From Chrysomallon squamiferum (lineage: Eukaryota > Animalia > Mollusca), in the NCBI GenBank assembly GCA_012295275.1, contig CM022672.1, forward strand, positions 35,216,001 to 35,280,000: a stretch of DNA of 64,000 nucleotides, in the 5' to 3' direction. The translations under genes were made by a program, and so were the position numbers. Every line of letters starts with the position of its first letter. Within the stretch, counting starts at the first letter, position 1. Shown here piece after piece: positions 40,543 through 54,954 of this stretch. The notes under the pieces are model-generated. The model did not search any database, was not told the origin of the DNA, and worked only from the letters and a program-made list of their open reading frames with translations.

Positions 40543-41300
40543 ATGGCTGGGAGAACATACACACCTGGAGACAAAATATTTGCGAAAATCCGAGGATTTC
40601 CACCCTGACCTGTGAGGACTTCCACCCTGACCTGTGAGGATTGACCAGCTCCAGCTGTCAGTAAAAACTCTGAACGGGAAATTCCCGGTTTTCTTCTTCA
40701 GAACCCACGACTCTGCATTCCTGGCACCTGAAGACATCTACCCACACAAGACGTTCAAACACAAGTTCCACAAACCAAAGAGGAGACTGGGTTTCAATGA
40801 AGGCCTGGATGAGATTGTCCACAATCCTGGTGTCAAATACAAACCACCAGGAGAAGACACGGCTCAAGGAACTGAAGCAGAGGCAAGAGAGAAAAAGAAG
40901 AAAGAGAGAAGCACAACTAAGCAGAAACCTGGCAGAAAGGGAGTAGTGGGGGAGTAGGAAAGGAAGAAGAAGACCAAGAAGATGAGGATGGAAAGAGGGA
41001 AGATGGTAAACAGCATCACAAGAGAAAGAAGTTTGAGGGATTTTTTGATTTGGAGGAAGACAAAGACAAGAAAAAGAAATGGCGTGAAAGTGTAGATACG
41101 TCTAAGACAAAGAATATTAAATCCACTGAACAAAATTCTGACAGAGTGAAAACACTGGCATAGACAGCAAAGATAAAGAAAATTCTGACAAAAACGAAAA
41201 ATCTTCAAATGAAGTTGATCACTCTAAAGTGAAACTGGAACACAGACATGAAGATGATTTGACTACAGAGAATCAGAATCCAGTAAAAGAGCTGACAGTG
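40543..41300 (+). pseudogene. HDGF/HDGFL2/LEDGF-type PWWP-domain pseudogene with intronless coding region
   Basis: MAGRTYTPGDKIFAKIRGFPP*P...RIDQ...NGKFPVFFFRTHDSAFLAPEDIYPH...KPKRRLGFNEGLDEIVHNPGVKY matches the HDGF-family HATH/PWWP domain. TGA at the Trp position (40606), a 22-bp duplication (40598-40640) causing a frameshift, and a K/E-rich tail with further stops. Confidence 0.88.
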
Positions 41301-41791
41301 CAGAGACAAGTAACAAAATGTCTGATGGTGAATTAGAGTGAATGCTGAGATTCAGTGAGTTAAAAGAAAACTAGATGTGAGATAGTTGTAAGTTATGAAA
41401 GTGTGATTCACCTCAAAATAACTGAACAGCAGTAACATTGTGTTTGTTGAAATATTTTTACTTGCTGATCAAATGCAGTCTAGCTTTATTTCTTTTTATT
41501 TCCCTTCTCTTATTTATTATTATTTTTTTTTTAATTCAGATAAATAAACTTTTCTCCAGACATTAACAGTTTGAAAAAAAAAATCAGATACCACTTCCAG
41601 TTTTATCACAAAATGTTTACCTTTATTCTTCCTTTTTTTAATTTGTCAAAATTAAATCATTAATATTTTATGCAGATATTAACACAATAAAGAAACATCA
41701 AATATCATCATCATCATCACACTAAACAAGTAAGTTATAAGTTATAAAAAGTGAATTTTGACTTAAGTTTTAGTTTTTCTTTTGTTTGTTA

Positions 41792-42560
41792 CAATTTGAT
41801 GGAAAGTTTTGTTCATTCTTCTAAATAAAAAAATGTGTTTGTTAATTTTTTAATTTGATGGAAAGTTTTGTTCATTATAATTTATCTTCTAGATGATAGT
41901 TTTTAAAAAATGTGCTTTTTAATTTGATGGAAAGTTTTTTCATTATAATTTTTCTTTCTTTAAAAAAAAGTTTGTTACTTTTTTAATTTGATGGAAAGTT
42001 TTGTTCATTATAATTTATCTTCTAGAGTAGATAGTTTTTAAAAAATGTGTTTGTTACTTTTTTAATTTGATGGAAAGTTTTGTTCATTATAATTTATCTT
42101 CTAGAGTTGTTTGTTATTTTTTAATTTGATGGAAAGTTTTGTTCATTATAATTTATCTTCTAGAGTAGATAGTTTTTAAAAGTGTTTGTTTTTTTTAATT
42201 TGATGGAAAGTTTTTTCATTATAATTTATCTTCTAGAGTAGATAGTTTTAAAAAAATGTGTTTGTTACTTTTTTAATTTGATGGAAAGTTTTGTTCATTA
42301 TAATTTATCTTCTAGAGTAGATAGTTTTTAAAAAATGTGTTTGTTACTTTTTTAATTTGATGGAAAGTTTTGTTCATTATAATTTATCTTCTAGGAATAG
42401 TTTTAAAAAAAAATGTTTGTTACATTTGATGGAAAGTTTTGTTCATTATAATTTATCTTCTAGAGTAGATAGTTTTTAAAAATGTGTTTGTTACTTTTTT
42501 AATTTGATGGAAAGTTTTGTTCATTATAATTTATCTTCTAGAGTAGATAGTTTTTAAAAA
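41792..42560. repeat. About 79-bp minisatellite, about 10 copies
   Basis: Unit AATTTGATGGAAAGTTTTGTTCATTATAATTTATCTTCTAGAGTAGATAGTTTTTAAAAAATGTGTTTGTTACTTTTTT. Confidence 0.95.
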
Positions 42561-42904
42561 TTGTTTTTGTTTTTATTTGAGAAAGTGCTGTATCAACAAT
42601 TTACTTTATAAATGGTTTTAATGTTTTTAGATGTATCTTTGACAATACATGTGTAAAATATGGGTGGTATTCATATTACGTAGAATCTTTTTGATCTGTG
42701 TTATATCAGCTAATTGTGTCTAGTGAATATTCAATACTGTCCACATTTCAAGGTTTTACTTTCTAGCTTTAGTGTTAGCATCTTTTTTAACTCTTATTAG
42801 TGGAATTTGATAAAAGTGCTATGTTAAAAATGTACTTATTATTTAATGTTTCCCTGGTGACTCCGTATGTTGTGTGTGTGGAGAAAGAGATTCTGCCACC
42901 ATTT

Positions 42905-42938
<34 letters not shown>

Positions 42939-43410
42939 ATAACATTTTAGTATTAAAATATAACTTTAATCATTTAATGAAAGTTAAACATATTATTAGA
43001 ATCAAAATCTAAACACAAAGTTAATATATCCTAATAATACAGCTTATGTTGATAATATGTTGGTGATTTTATAAAATAATTTTAATAATTTTAGTGAAGA
43101 AAAGTCTGTTATGCTATGGATCAAACAATTGAGATGTCATCATTCTCTTCAGTTGAAAACAAACAAATCCTCATCCACATTTTGTGTGATTTATAATTAT
43201 ACTGCCAGTCAAAATGTTCTCTTCAATACTTATTTATCACAAAATATTCTTATATTAATATTTATATATATATATTTTTTTTTCCTGATTATTTAATTTT
43301 AAAATGTAGCTAGTTGGCAATCAAATGGAAATAAATTAAGTATAATTTTTAAAAAAAGTACCGAAACATATTATTTATCTATTTGTTTATTTGTTTATTA
43401 TTTATTATGC

Positions 43411-43461
<51 letters not shown>

Positions 43462-44800
43462 GTTGTTGTTGTTATTGTTGTTGTTGTTTTTATTATTGTT
43501 ATTATTATTTTTTGAAGAAATACTTTCATAAAAGTTTGGGGGTTGTCTGGTTGGATTTTCTCTTTTCTTGAAGAACTTTATTTGCAAATACATTCAAAAA
43601 TGGATCAAGCATAAATTAATTTGGACAAAGAACCTGATCTGTTTTAATTAGTTTACAAAAAAAAAAAAAAAAAAAAAAATTAATATTTTCAGGATAAAAA
43701 TATAACATTTAGAAGTTTATAAAAAAAAATTCAGTATATATATATATATATATATAGAACAAAATTTCTTGTATTATGAAAGAAAATAAATATAAAATAA
43801 TTTATTCTTAATTTCTAATAATATTTAATTTCTGTTTTAGAACTGCTCAGAGATTATTCAAATTATTTTAACAATTTATTTGTCCTCTTTCTTATTCTTG
43901 CTGTCTCATACATTTTTCTTTCATTTCTGTATATTTTTTCTCTCATTCAATTTCATTTTATCTTATGTTTGCTTATTGTATTTCTTTCATTAATCTAGTT
44001 ATGAATCTATGTTCTGTTTTCTAGTCTGTCTGTCTGTCTGTCAGTTTTTTCATTTTTGCATTTTCATTTGTGTTTTTGCTAAAATAAATGATTAGAGAAA
44101 ATATTTGTGTTGTTGTTTTTTCCCTTATTGTCTCAATATTTCATAGAATGCTTCCTGTTACAGCTAATATCTTCATTTATCAAAAACTGTGCTGTTTTAC
44201 CAGCCTCTGGAAATATTAATGTGAGATAATGTTTCCTATGTTGCAAATTTGATTTTTAACAAATAAAAAAATAAAAAATCTGAAAAAATGAAACAATGAA
44301 TTTCTTGAATGAATGGTTTAAATCAAAAAAGAATTTTCTAAAAATACAAAACAGTAATAAAATGGAATCATTTAATGACACATGATCCAAATTCACACAG
44401 AAAAACTGTTTGTTGGTTAAACCTTTTTATCTTGACCATCTGTCCAGAGATTGGCAGTTCAAACAGGAATTAGTTTTCATATACATTTCTGTTTTATTAT
44501 TAAAAGTACATCCAATTCAATGTACAGTGAGTCAGAAAGAATTTTGATAAAATTGCAAAAAAAAAAAAAAAAAATTAAAATTGAAATTAACTCTAAATTA
44601 AATATAGTAATAAATAAAGAAAAAAATGTTGGATGGACACTATCATTTGTTTCTCAGATTAAATTATGAAATAGATAATTATACCCTCTGCTTAGTTTAA
44701 TACAGTTGAAGATATTTGTTACAATTTGCTCCCTGACAAAGTCTGTATTAAGTATGAAAGATCCTCTTCAAAAGTCAATATCAACTTCTGCCATTGTTAC

Positions 44801-45035
44801 CACTTGTAAACAGTTAGTATGTCCTACTGCACACAAACAACACTTGTGAACAGTCAGTATGTCCTACTGCACACAAACAACACTTGTGAACAGTCAGTAT
44901 GTCCTACTGCAAACAAACAACACTTGTGTACAGTCAGTATGTCCTACTGCAACAGTCAGTATGTCCTACTGCACACAAACAACACTTGTGAACAGTCAGT
45001 ATGTCCTACTGCACACAAACAAAACTTGTCCTACT
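44801..45035. repeat. 40-bp minisatellite, about 5.5 copies
   Basis: Unit CAGTCAGTATGTCCTACTGCACACAAACAACACTTGTGAA. Confidence 0.9.
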
Positions 45036-45559
45036 AAAGTATGGAATCTCCACCAACTTCAGCTAGAAAAATAAATAAAATAAATAAATAGTAATTATAA
45101 GTCTAGTGGTTTTCTTAGCAGCATTGATAATTAGTAGTAGTAGTAGTAGTAGTAGATGTAGTTGATTTCAGCAGCTTGATAATATTATAATTATAATTAC
45201 TAGCAGAGACATATTAACAAATAAAGACATTATTACTTCATGAGTTTTCTGACTGTCTTCTGATTTTACAAATTAAAAAGTAATTAGAATGTTCAGCAGC
45301 TGGACAACAATTATACAGAGGAAAAGAAAAGCTATCCATTTGTACTTCATTTGGTTTAATCCACATCTTGTCTAACACTTGAAACATTTTTACCTCTTCA
45401 CTCCTACTCCTCATCACACTGTCTGAAAAAGAGGAAAAGATGTAGTCAACCTGGAAGTATCTACTTCATACTGTTTCTCTATTCATCTGTCTGTCTCTCT
45501 ATCTAATTTTCTCTCTACCAACTATCTATCAATCTATCTGTATCAAACAATTTCTCTCT

Positions 45560-46090
<531 letters not shown>

Positions 46091-46168
46091 ATTATCCATG
46101 TATGTGTTGCTCAATAATGTCTCTATCATTCATGAAGAAACAAGACATAAATTAATAAAAAGAATAAT

Positions 46169-46199
<31 letters not shown>

Positions 46200-46300
46200 A
46201 GAAAGAAAGAAAGAAAGAATGAAAGAGAGAAAGAAAGAAAGAAATTAAATTAAATAAAAACAAAAATAAATTAACACACACACACAGTTATATATACACA

Positions 46301-46602
46301 CAGGATGGTCCAAAAGTAGGAGGACAGTATGTGGGTTAGGGTTTTATTAATACAGTGGTTTTCATTATAACTATGGTATTTGTGCTATATTATTTAAAAT
46401 TTTATAACTACAATTATTTAAATTAAATTCACAAAAAGACTTGTGTAAAAATGTGTGTTGAAGTGTGAGACTTCAAAGCTGTGTAATTGTGATAGAAAAC
46501 AGTCTGAGCATTGATAAATATAAGTATTAGTAAATATAACTGCATATGTAATCTAAAAATAAATTTTATCATTTACTGCCCATCTACTTTTGGACCACCC
46601 TT
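46301..46602. mobile_element. Tc1/mariner-type MITE, about 300 bp
   Basis: TIRs CAGGATGGTCCAAAAGTAGGAGGACAGTA / TACTGCCCATCTACTTTTGGACCACCCT, inserted in a TA-rich site. Confidence 0.8.
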
Positions 46603-46613
46603 TATATATATAT

Positions 46614-46658
<45 letters not shown>

Positions 46659-47116
46659 CTGATAGATCCAGATTATAGATATAACTCTGTGTGCATACAG
46701 AATTTATGAATAGATTATTTGAGACATTTTTAACTTTACTTTTTATATACATGCATAACATTTTTCATGGAAACAGAAATATACACATAATAAATAAATG
46801 ACTTTATCATAATATTTTTTTTTTCCATTACAGTGATGTCAAATTAAAAACACTGGCATGTATGTTTTCCACTTGACTGCGAGGCTGTCTGAGCTTTCTG
46901 TCATGATGGAGGTGTTGTTGCAGACTCCACACAGACAAATGACTGTGATAGTTTCTATAAGATACAGGTATGGCTACTTTGAATAGGTAGGTGTCCAGAC
47001 AATTCCAGAATGTACAAACCACCCTGAAATAACACAAACAAACATGTTTTATTTTATATATACAAAAATAGTGTGAATAGAATAGTGGAAAATAATATTC
47101 AGCTAAATCATTTATT

Positions 47117-47197
<81 letters not shown>

Positions 47198-48026
47198 AAA
47201 ATGTACAGATTACAAATCTTAGAGAACATATATATATATATATACACATAGAGATAGATGCATATATGAAAAGTAATATTGATATAACGTTATTTTCTCT
47301 GTGTTTTTTTCTGTTTTTCTAAAAGTGTGTTTTTCTCTGTATTTGTGTGTATGTATGTTTATATGTGTATGTATATATTTGTGTGGTGTGTGTATGTATG
47401 TATGTGTTTTTGTATTATATGTATATGTGTGAGTATAGGTTTTTTGTTACATTTCCTATGTACCTTGAATGAAGTATCACAGTAAGTTTTCAAAAAAAAA
47501 ATCCCGTTTTAAAATGAGTTTTACAAAATAAAAATGTAAACAGTTAAAAGAAAACAAATTCTGTGATATTTTATTATTAGCTGAGTTAGCTTATCAATAT
47601 TACTGATTAATACAAAATTCAAACAATAAATAAATAAATAAATAAAACAGTAAAGCAAACAAACAAAGAATAAATAAATAAATAAATAAATAAATAAGTA
47701 AATAAATAAATAAGTAAATAAATAATATAAAGGAAATAACAATAAAATTTATTTAATAAACAAAACAAGAACAAACAATGGTTGTTATACTTAAATAATA
47801 AAAATGAAAAAAGTCAAAAACAAATAATAATAATAATAATAGTAATAATAACAATAATAATAATAATAATAATAATAATAAACTGTTAACAGCCTGGATA
47901 GGTATAAACACTGCTGTACATGGATTTCTTTCACACGACGAGGTCACCCTCTGTCTTCTTTGCATGGATGTGGATGTTGATGTCACTGCATCAGCCATTG
48001 TTAAGGGATCAGCTTATACTGGAAGT

Positions 48027-48176
48027 AAGAAAAATAAATAAAAATAGCTGTAAAAATTGTATTTATAATTTTAGTTAATTTTGAACGTTATTCTGTTTAA
48101 ATACTGAAAATATCAACAGTTAATGATAATTTTGTTAAATAATAAATATACATTTTTAAACACTGCTTAGCAAAAA

Positions 48177-48207
<31 letters not shown>

Positions 48208-48470
48208 AAACATACATTGAATCCATAGGGAAGTGAAAGACAACACTAATGCACAGTAAAATGTCATGGCATAAACCAAACATCCATAAAAAAAAAAAAA
48301 GTTAGAAAAATAAATAAAAATAGCTGTAAAAATTGTATTTATAATTTTAGTTGATTTTGAACGTTATTCTGTTTAAATACTGAAAATATCAACAGTTAAT
48401 TATAATTTTGTTAAATGATAAATATACATTTTTAAACACTGCTTAGCAAAAATAAATAAATAAATAAAAA
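48027..48470. repeat. Direct duplication of an about 170-bp segment
   Basis: AGAAAAATAAATAAAAATAGCTGTAAAAATTG...CACTGCTTAGCAAAAATAAATAAA at about 48028 and 48304. Confidence 0.9.
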
Positions 48471-48582
48471 CAGGACTGGATGCTTTAGAAAAAAAAGAAA
48501 TGTATTTATATTGATTATGTGTTCATTCTTTTTCACTGATGTCTGCTTATTAATTTTATTATATATATATTTTTTTCTTTTC

Positions 48583-48628
<46 letters not shown>

Positions 48629-48811
48629 TTATTTCTGTTTGGTTTACTTATTTGCGGTAATCAGACCGGAAATGACGTTTCTTCTTTGCGACCATAGACA
48701 GGAAACCGCCAGTTGGTCTCAAACCACCATTAATTTCTTCTCATTTTGTAATAATTTTTGAAACAAATAAACAGTTTAATAAAATGTTACGTTCTAAATA
48801 AAAAAAATAAA

Positions 48812-48846
<35 letters not shown>

Positions 48847-49104
48847 CAGTTTCAATAGCTATTATAATGAAGAGAAATCTGATATATTTATTTTTGTATT
48901 CTGTTACGAAATGTTTTCTTCACTTTTATTTATTTATTTATTTATTTATTATTTATTATTAATTTGTCCTTGATATGTCATCTGTTAATTGGCAACTTCG
49001 GTTATAAAAAAACAGTTAAATCAGAAACATGGAGTCAATTCCATATTTTAATGAGTAGTAGTTTATATTGTTAATTCCTGTGTAAACTTCTCAGAACTGA
49101 CAAC

Positions 49105-49187
<83 letters not shown>

Positions 49188-50170
49188 GAAACATTTCATT
49201 GAATTTAGAAAATTTATTCATGGTTATATATTTATATAATTATCATGCACATAAATACAAATCAGCCTGTTTATGTCATTTTGTTGTTTTAAAATGCTGT
49301 TTATTCTTGGAATGGACATCACTACGACTGCCAGAAATATGAATACAGAAGTATTGCTTCACAAAAAAATTGTATTCTTATACTGGCTAAAACAGGGTGT
49401 AACAAACCAGTTTATTTACAGCAAGGACATGATTTTCGGTAACTTTTCCATAGCCAAGGTAAGAAAATCAGATTTTCTTGTGCGATGAAAAGAACAGCAA
49501 AGGCCTGGCTTTGTACTGTTGTCAATACTTTGCTGACTACATGAATTCAAGAATGCTTATACATAATTAGTAACAGTAATAATAATTAAAACAAAACAAT
49601 GTAGTAAAAATGTCCGAAGCCATTTTTACCGGACACCATTACAGGATACCAAGTAAGTCAGTCCTTCAAAAAATTTCAAACTTAATTTATTTATTTATGC
49701 TCATCTGAGGAGAACCTTCAAGATAATTTGTTTATTCTTTAATTTTTTAATATACATTTTTTTTTTTTTTTTTTTTTTTTTGACTTGTGTTTTTATATTT
49801 TGGGGGGAAAGTATAATCTACTTAATCACATAATCGAAGAAGAAAATAAAAAAGAAATTACTATGTTATAATTCATTCAAATAATCGGTTTGAAAAAAAG
49901 CATGACGTCACAGCCAAAGAATCCGGAAGTATCACGAGGCGCCGGCGAGACTGTATTAGTGAAAGCGCGCGAACCGGAAACTCTTTAGCAACTTCCGTAA
50001 TTTACAACGCGATTAAAATTTGAACGAAAAATCTTTTTTCTTTCTTTCTTTTTTTGTATGGATGTTTGGTTTATGCCATGACATTTTACTGTGCATTAGT
50101 GTTGTCTTTAACTTCCCTATGGATTCGATGTATGTATTTTTCTCAGATTTTCAGGAATTATATATATTCC

Positions 50171-50218
<48 letters not shown>

Positions 50219-50389
50219 ATATTGAAATTTCGATTTTACAAGTTACAAAACTGTGTCTATGATTATTCAAAATTTTATTACAGTATCATTCATAATAAAT
50301 GGTAGACAAATGCTCATGAAATAAATAAATGATATACTCAGAATTTAAGTACTCGGTTTTAGAAATATGATACTGAGAAGTTAGTTTTG

Positions 50390-50560
50390 TAAACTGAAGT
50401 TGGGATTTTTAAAGTGTAAATTCAAGTTGTGATTCCAAACTAAACTGAATTTGGGATTTTTGAATTGTAAATTCAAGTCGTGATTTTCAAACTAAACTGA
50501 AGTTGGGATTTTTAAATTGTAAATTCAGGGTGGGATTTTCAATTTGTAAACTGATTTTCC
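50390..50560. repeat. About 52-bp tandem repeat, about 3 copies (possible DNA-transposon subterminal repeats)
   Basis: TAAACTGAAGTTGGGATTTTTAAA.TGTAAATTCAAGT.GTGATT..CAAAC. Confidence 0.75.
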
Positions 50561-51747
50561 AATTTTCCTGTCTAGTTTGTTATGTAGGTACTGGTTTCGT
50601 CATATATATGCCGTTAAAAATGGTTGACAGCAATTACAAACACAAATGACTTATGATAAAATTTAAATTTTATTTCAGATATTTTTATTTTTTATTTTTT
50701 TTTTTTAAATTAGTAATGTGATTATAATTGTCTTCAGTCCCATGTACAACGGAGCTGACTAAAAAAAGAAAAATCAAAATGATTTAAATCACTTTTTGAT
50801 CAGTACTGAGTTACATTTTCGATTTTACTGTTATGCTATTGATGAATAACTGTTTACAAACAGAATCACTGAAAATTTATTCAATTATACAAAGATTAGA
50901 AAGTATATTTATTCTTACAGCAAAATTACACATGTATCGAAAATGTATTTAGACTAGTAATAAAATTACTCCATATTACAGTATATAAATATTTAAATAT
51001 TTAAGTATACAAATAAAGAAATATATATATATATATATAAAATTATAAATACAACCCCAAACTATATAACCACGTTGTATAAGAGAATTAAGGTGTTATA
51101 AATTACCTGCTAGGCTGTGCTTCGTTTGCTGTCTCTAACAATGTCACCGCTGTCATTAGGCTCACCCCAGTTGAGAGTGTCCTGTTTAAGGGTGTGTCCG
51201 GAATCTCCTGGTGACTGTGTTACCGCCTGAATCCTTTGTAAATATCTGTCAGAAATAAATAAATAAATAAAATAAATAAATAAATAAATAAATATATATA
51301 TATATACGCTGCGGAAAGTTAAACTCACAAAACGGGTAAATTTTGTGAAAATATTTTCAAAAACCTTACCTTAATAATTCTGTCACCCTGTATAACACAT
51401 CTTCTTTGCAGAGTACTTTCCTTCATCACCTAAATAATATAGTCATTTGTATCGATTAGTGATGGCGGTAATTCTGTTTTCCTGTGACCTTTCGGTGAAT
51501 AATATTAGAAATAATAATGGTAATAAATACATCAAAAAAAAAATAATTATGTATCATTTTAATGTAACTAGTACTGAATCAGTTACAATCTTCACACACA
51601 CACACACGCGCGAAATAAAATTGTCATATTTATAACAAATATTAAAAGCCTTGCACAAACTAATCTTGAAAATAAATCATTTACTATCGTAAAGACTACG
51701 TCCGCCTCCAAACAAAAACAAAATGAATATTAATAAAACCTTTCGAT

Positions 51748-51843
<96 letters not shown>

Positions 51844-53496
51844 TAATAATACTTAATTAATTAAGTAAGTAAGAAAAGAGTTACAGTTGCCGTCTGTTTC
51901 TTCATATCGCCTGTTTGATGAGAAACTCTTGTGACACAGTTCACAGAATTTGGCGCGTTGTTAATTTCAGAACGTCTGTCTACTTCGTCAAAAAAAAAAA
52001 TAATAAAAATACAAATTTCCAGAATTAATTATTTTATTTTATTTCTGTACCAAATTGTATGAAATAAATTCTGTATTTGTATTAAGTTTAAATAATAGCT
52101 ATGATTTTTCAGTATCCGCAGCATATTGTTTTTTAAATGTCACTTATCTTAGTAAAAGAGGTTTTAAACGATGGATATTATGGACTACTCAGATTTTTGG
52201 TATCAGTCATAATTTTCATTAAATATTATACTCCTCCCCCACCTGCAAATTACATAAAGCAAATTTTATTTATTTTATTTTTAGGGAGATGACAACATAA
52301 AACAAACTAACAAACAAATTTATTTATTTATTCTGTCGTTTTTCATTTAATATAGTCTTCATAAAATGTCGGGGACCTGAAAATATTAATTTTGACATAC
52401 CTTTTCAAGTCTGTTTGTCACGTACAAATTTCATACTTCGTGCATCACAAATTACAAGTGTATGGCGGTGTATGTAGAGGGGGAGTCATTGTGGATTTTC
52501 ACAATTTTCAGGATTGTGTTTAATCACTATGGAAAATTATTATTTTTTTTTTTTTTTATTCTATCGATATTTTATTACGCAGACGATGAAACCCGTTCCG
52601 ATCCTTAATTTATTTAACAATTATCATAATATTTACTGCCGTTGCCCACAGTTGATTTACATACAAATTTGGCAATTGTAAAATCATTTTTAGAGTGCCT
52701 TACATTTTTTAGCAGTATATATAAATTGAATTAAAGAAACTATGAACTCATTTACTCCATTCCCAAATACAAAGTTTTCAACATTGTAATACATGCTGAT
52801 ATTTGTGCATTGACGTATTTCCTTTTCCTTTCCTTTTTTTTAAAATTAAATTTAGGTTTCATAAATACTTGAAGAAACTCGCGAGGTAAAGCACCCAAAA
52901 CAGACATGTTTACCAGCGAGAGAAACATCCTTCGTCTTTCTCTCATTTAATTTTTCTGTATTTATTTTCATATATTTTTACATCAAAGTATTTTTATATT
53001 TGCACTGAAAAAAAAACAACAACAAAAATATTTATTCCATTTACAGTTTCGTAATTGATGTTTTTATTTAAAATAAACGAATAAAAATCAGTTTCATAAT
53101 TTGATTTACATTTTTCATTATAATTTCGTCCATTAGATTAAAACAAGTACAGTGAACAGCTTGTTGTAAGTTTGTTTATTGGAAATGGAACATTACACTT
53201 TGCCTGATTGTTGAGGGGTGTAGGGTTGTTTACGTCATTTCCAGCTATCAGTTCATGAACTTTGTGCGTTAATAAAATATTGTTTTGTCTGAACAGTGTA
53301 AATTTCCGCGTTATCGAAAGTAAAGAATTTTAATTTTTTATTTCAGTTACAGGTAATTTTAATTTAATTTATTTGATGTATTTATTGTTTATAAAAGATT
53401 AAAAAATAATAATAAAAAAATAAAATTAAAATTGATTAATACAGGTAGAAATCTTAATAATAAGTCCATTCAGTTCCATAGTTACATGAAAATGTT

Positions 53497-53534
<38 letters not shown>

Positions 53535-53601
53535 TTGTTTCTTTTGCAGCTGTCATAAGAAAGATGGGTTTATTTAGTAATAAAACTATACACTTACAAA
53601 G

Positions 53602-53635
<34 letters not shown>

Positions 53636-53744
53636 CAAAATAATATATAATGTACAATAATAGAACTAATAGGAGTTTATAAGCAGAAGTCAGGCTTTGT
53701 CACAGTTTGGTTTTTTGGGGAGGAACAGATTAATGGTATTTCAA

Positions 53745-53840
53745 TTAATTTCAGTTGGGAAAATTGATTTGATATAGAGCAGATTTGAGTTACGAGCTCT
53801 GTCACGGAACGAATTAAACTCGTAAGTCAAGATACCACTG
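53745..53840 (+). mobile_element. Tigger-family right-end fragment
   Basis: ...AAACTCGTAAGTCAAGATACCACTG-TA resembles the right end at 31310-31338. Confidence 0.65.
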
Positions 53841-54694
53841 TATTTTTCTTTTCTTCTTTTAGATTAGTTTAATCAGGTAGTCAGTTAATTTTTCAACCAG
53901 CCAATCCATCAGTAGATCAATCAGCTGTTCAATCAATTAATTAACTGAGAGAGTGTTTGCGTGATGTCTTGTTTGTAAGTGTGTTTATTATTTTAACTTT
54001 ATAAATAAATAAATAAATTTTGTCTGCGATGGTTTTGTTATTTTAAATTATATTTTTGAATTAAAGATTGTATTTTGTATTCGTAATGAAAGTTGTTACT
54101 AAAGCGAGAACTAGCTTCAGTTTTCATGTCTAGTGCCAAGGTGTTTTGAAGTGTGAACTCAGTTTTTTAGTTCATCAGGTGTCACGTAGTGTTAATGGTT
54201 CCTTGGTAAAAACTGGACATTGAAGTAATTAGTGCTTCATGGTTTCAGAAAGTTCACAGCTGCAGTTGGGTGATGTGGTGATTTCACATTTGAATCTGAC
54301 TGAGTTTAGGTTGGTCGAGTTGCCGATTCTGAGCCTGGTAAGATTGTTGTTGTGTAGTTTGTTGGTCATGTGATTTTAGGTGTTTTGGTGAGCGGTTTAA
54401 TACTGAAGTGCCTGATGTTTTTTGTGTTATTCCATTCATTTTGCTACTGTTTGAGTTTGCACGTTGTTCATAGCCCGCACTCATCTGAGAGGAATTTATT
54501 TTATTTCTTACTGAATCATAGCTTTCTTTTAACAAGCTAAATTAGCAGTTTTGATGTAAACGTGTGTGAGCGTTAAATAAATATACTAATATTTGAGATA
54601 ATACATGTTTGTATACAAATTGTTTTTAGTCGAATCTAACTACAGAACTCAAAATGAAAAAATGTTAAATAAACTTTTACAGTAACACCGTAAC

Positions 54695-54755
<61 letters not shown>

Positions 54756-54921
54756 TACAGGCAGTAAAATTATTAGCTAAAAACTAAACTCAAAACAGAT
54801 AAAACAAAATCATATTTTATTTTCTGAGTGTTTAGCACGCGCTACACTGGTAAGTTTCCCTATCTGTCATTTTGCAGCTGTGTTTTTCTCATTAGTGTTA
54901 TGTGCAGTCGTCATAGCAGTC

Positions 54922-54954
<33 letters not shown>

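Noticed and set aside
54284-54535. 83-aa Gln/Ser-rich ORF
   Set aside because: No recognisable domain or clear splice context.
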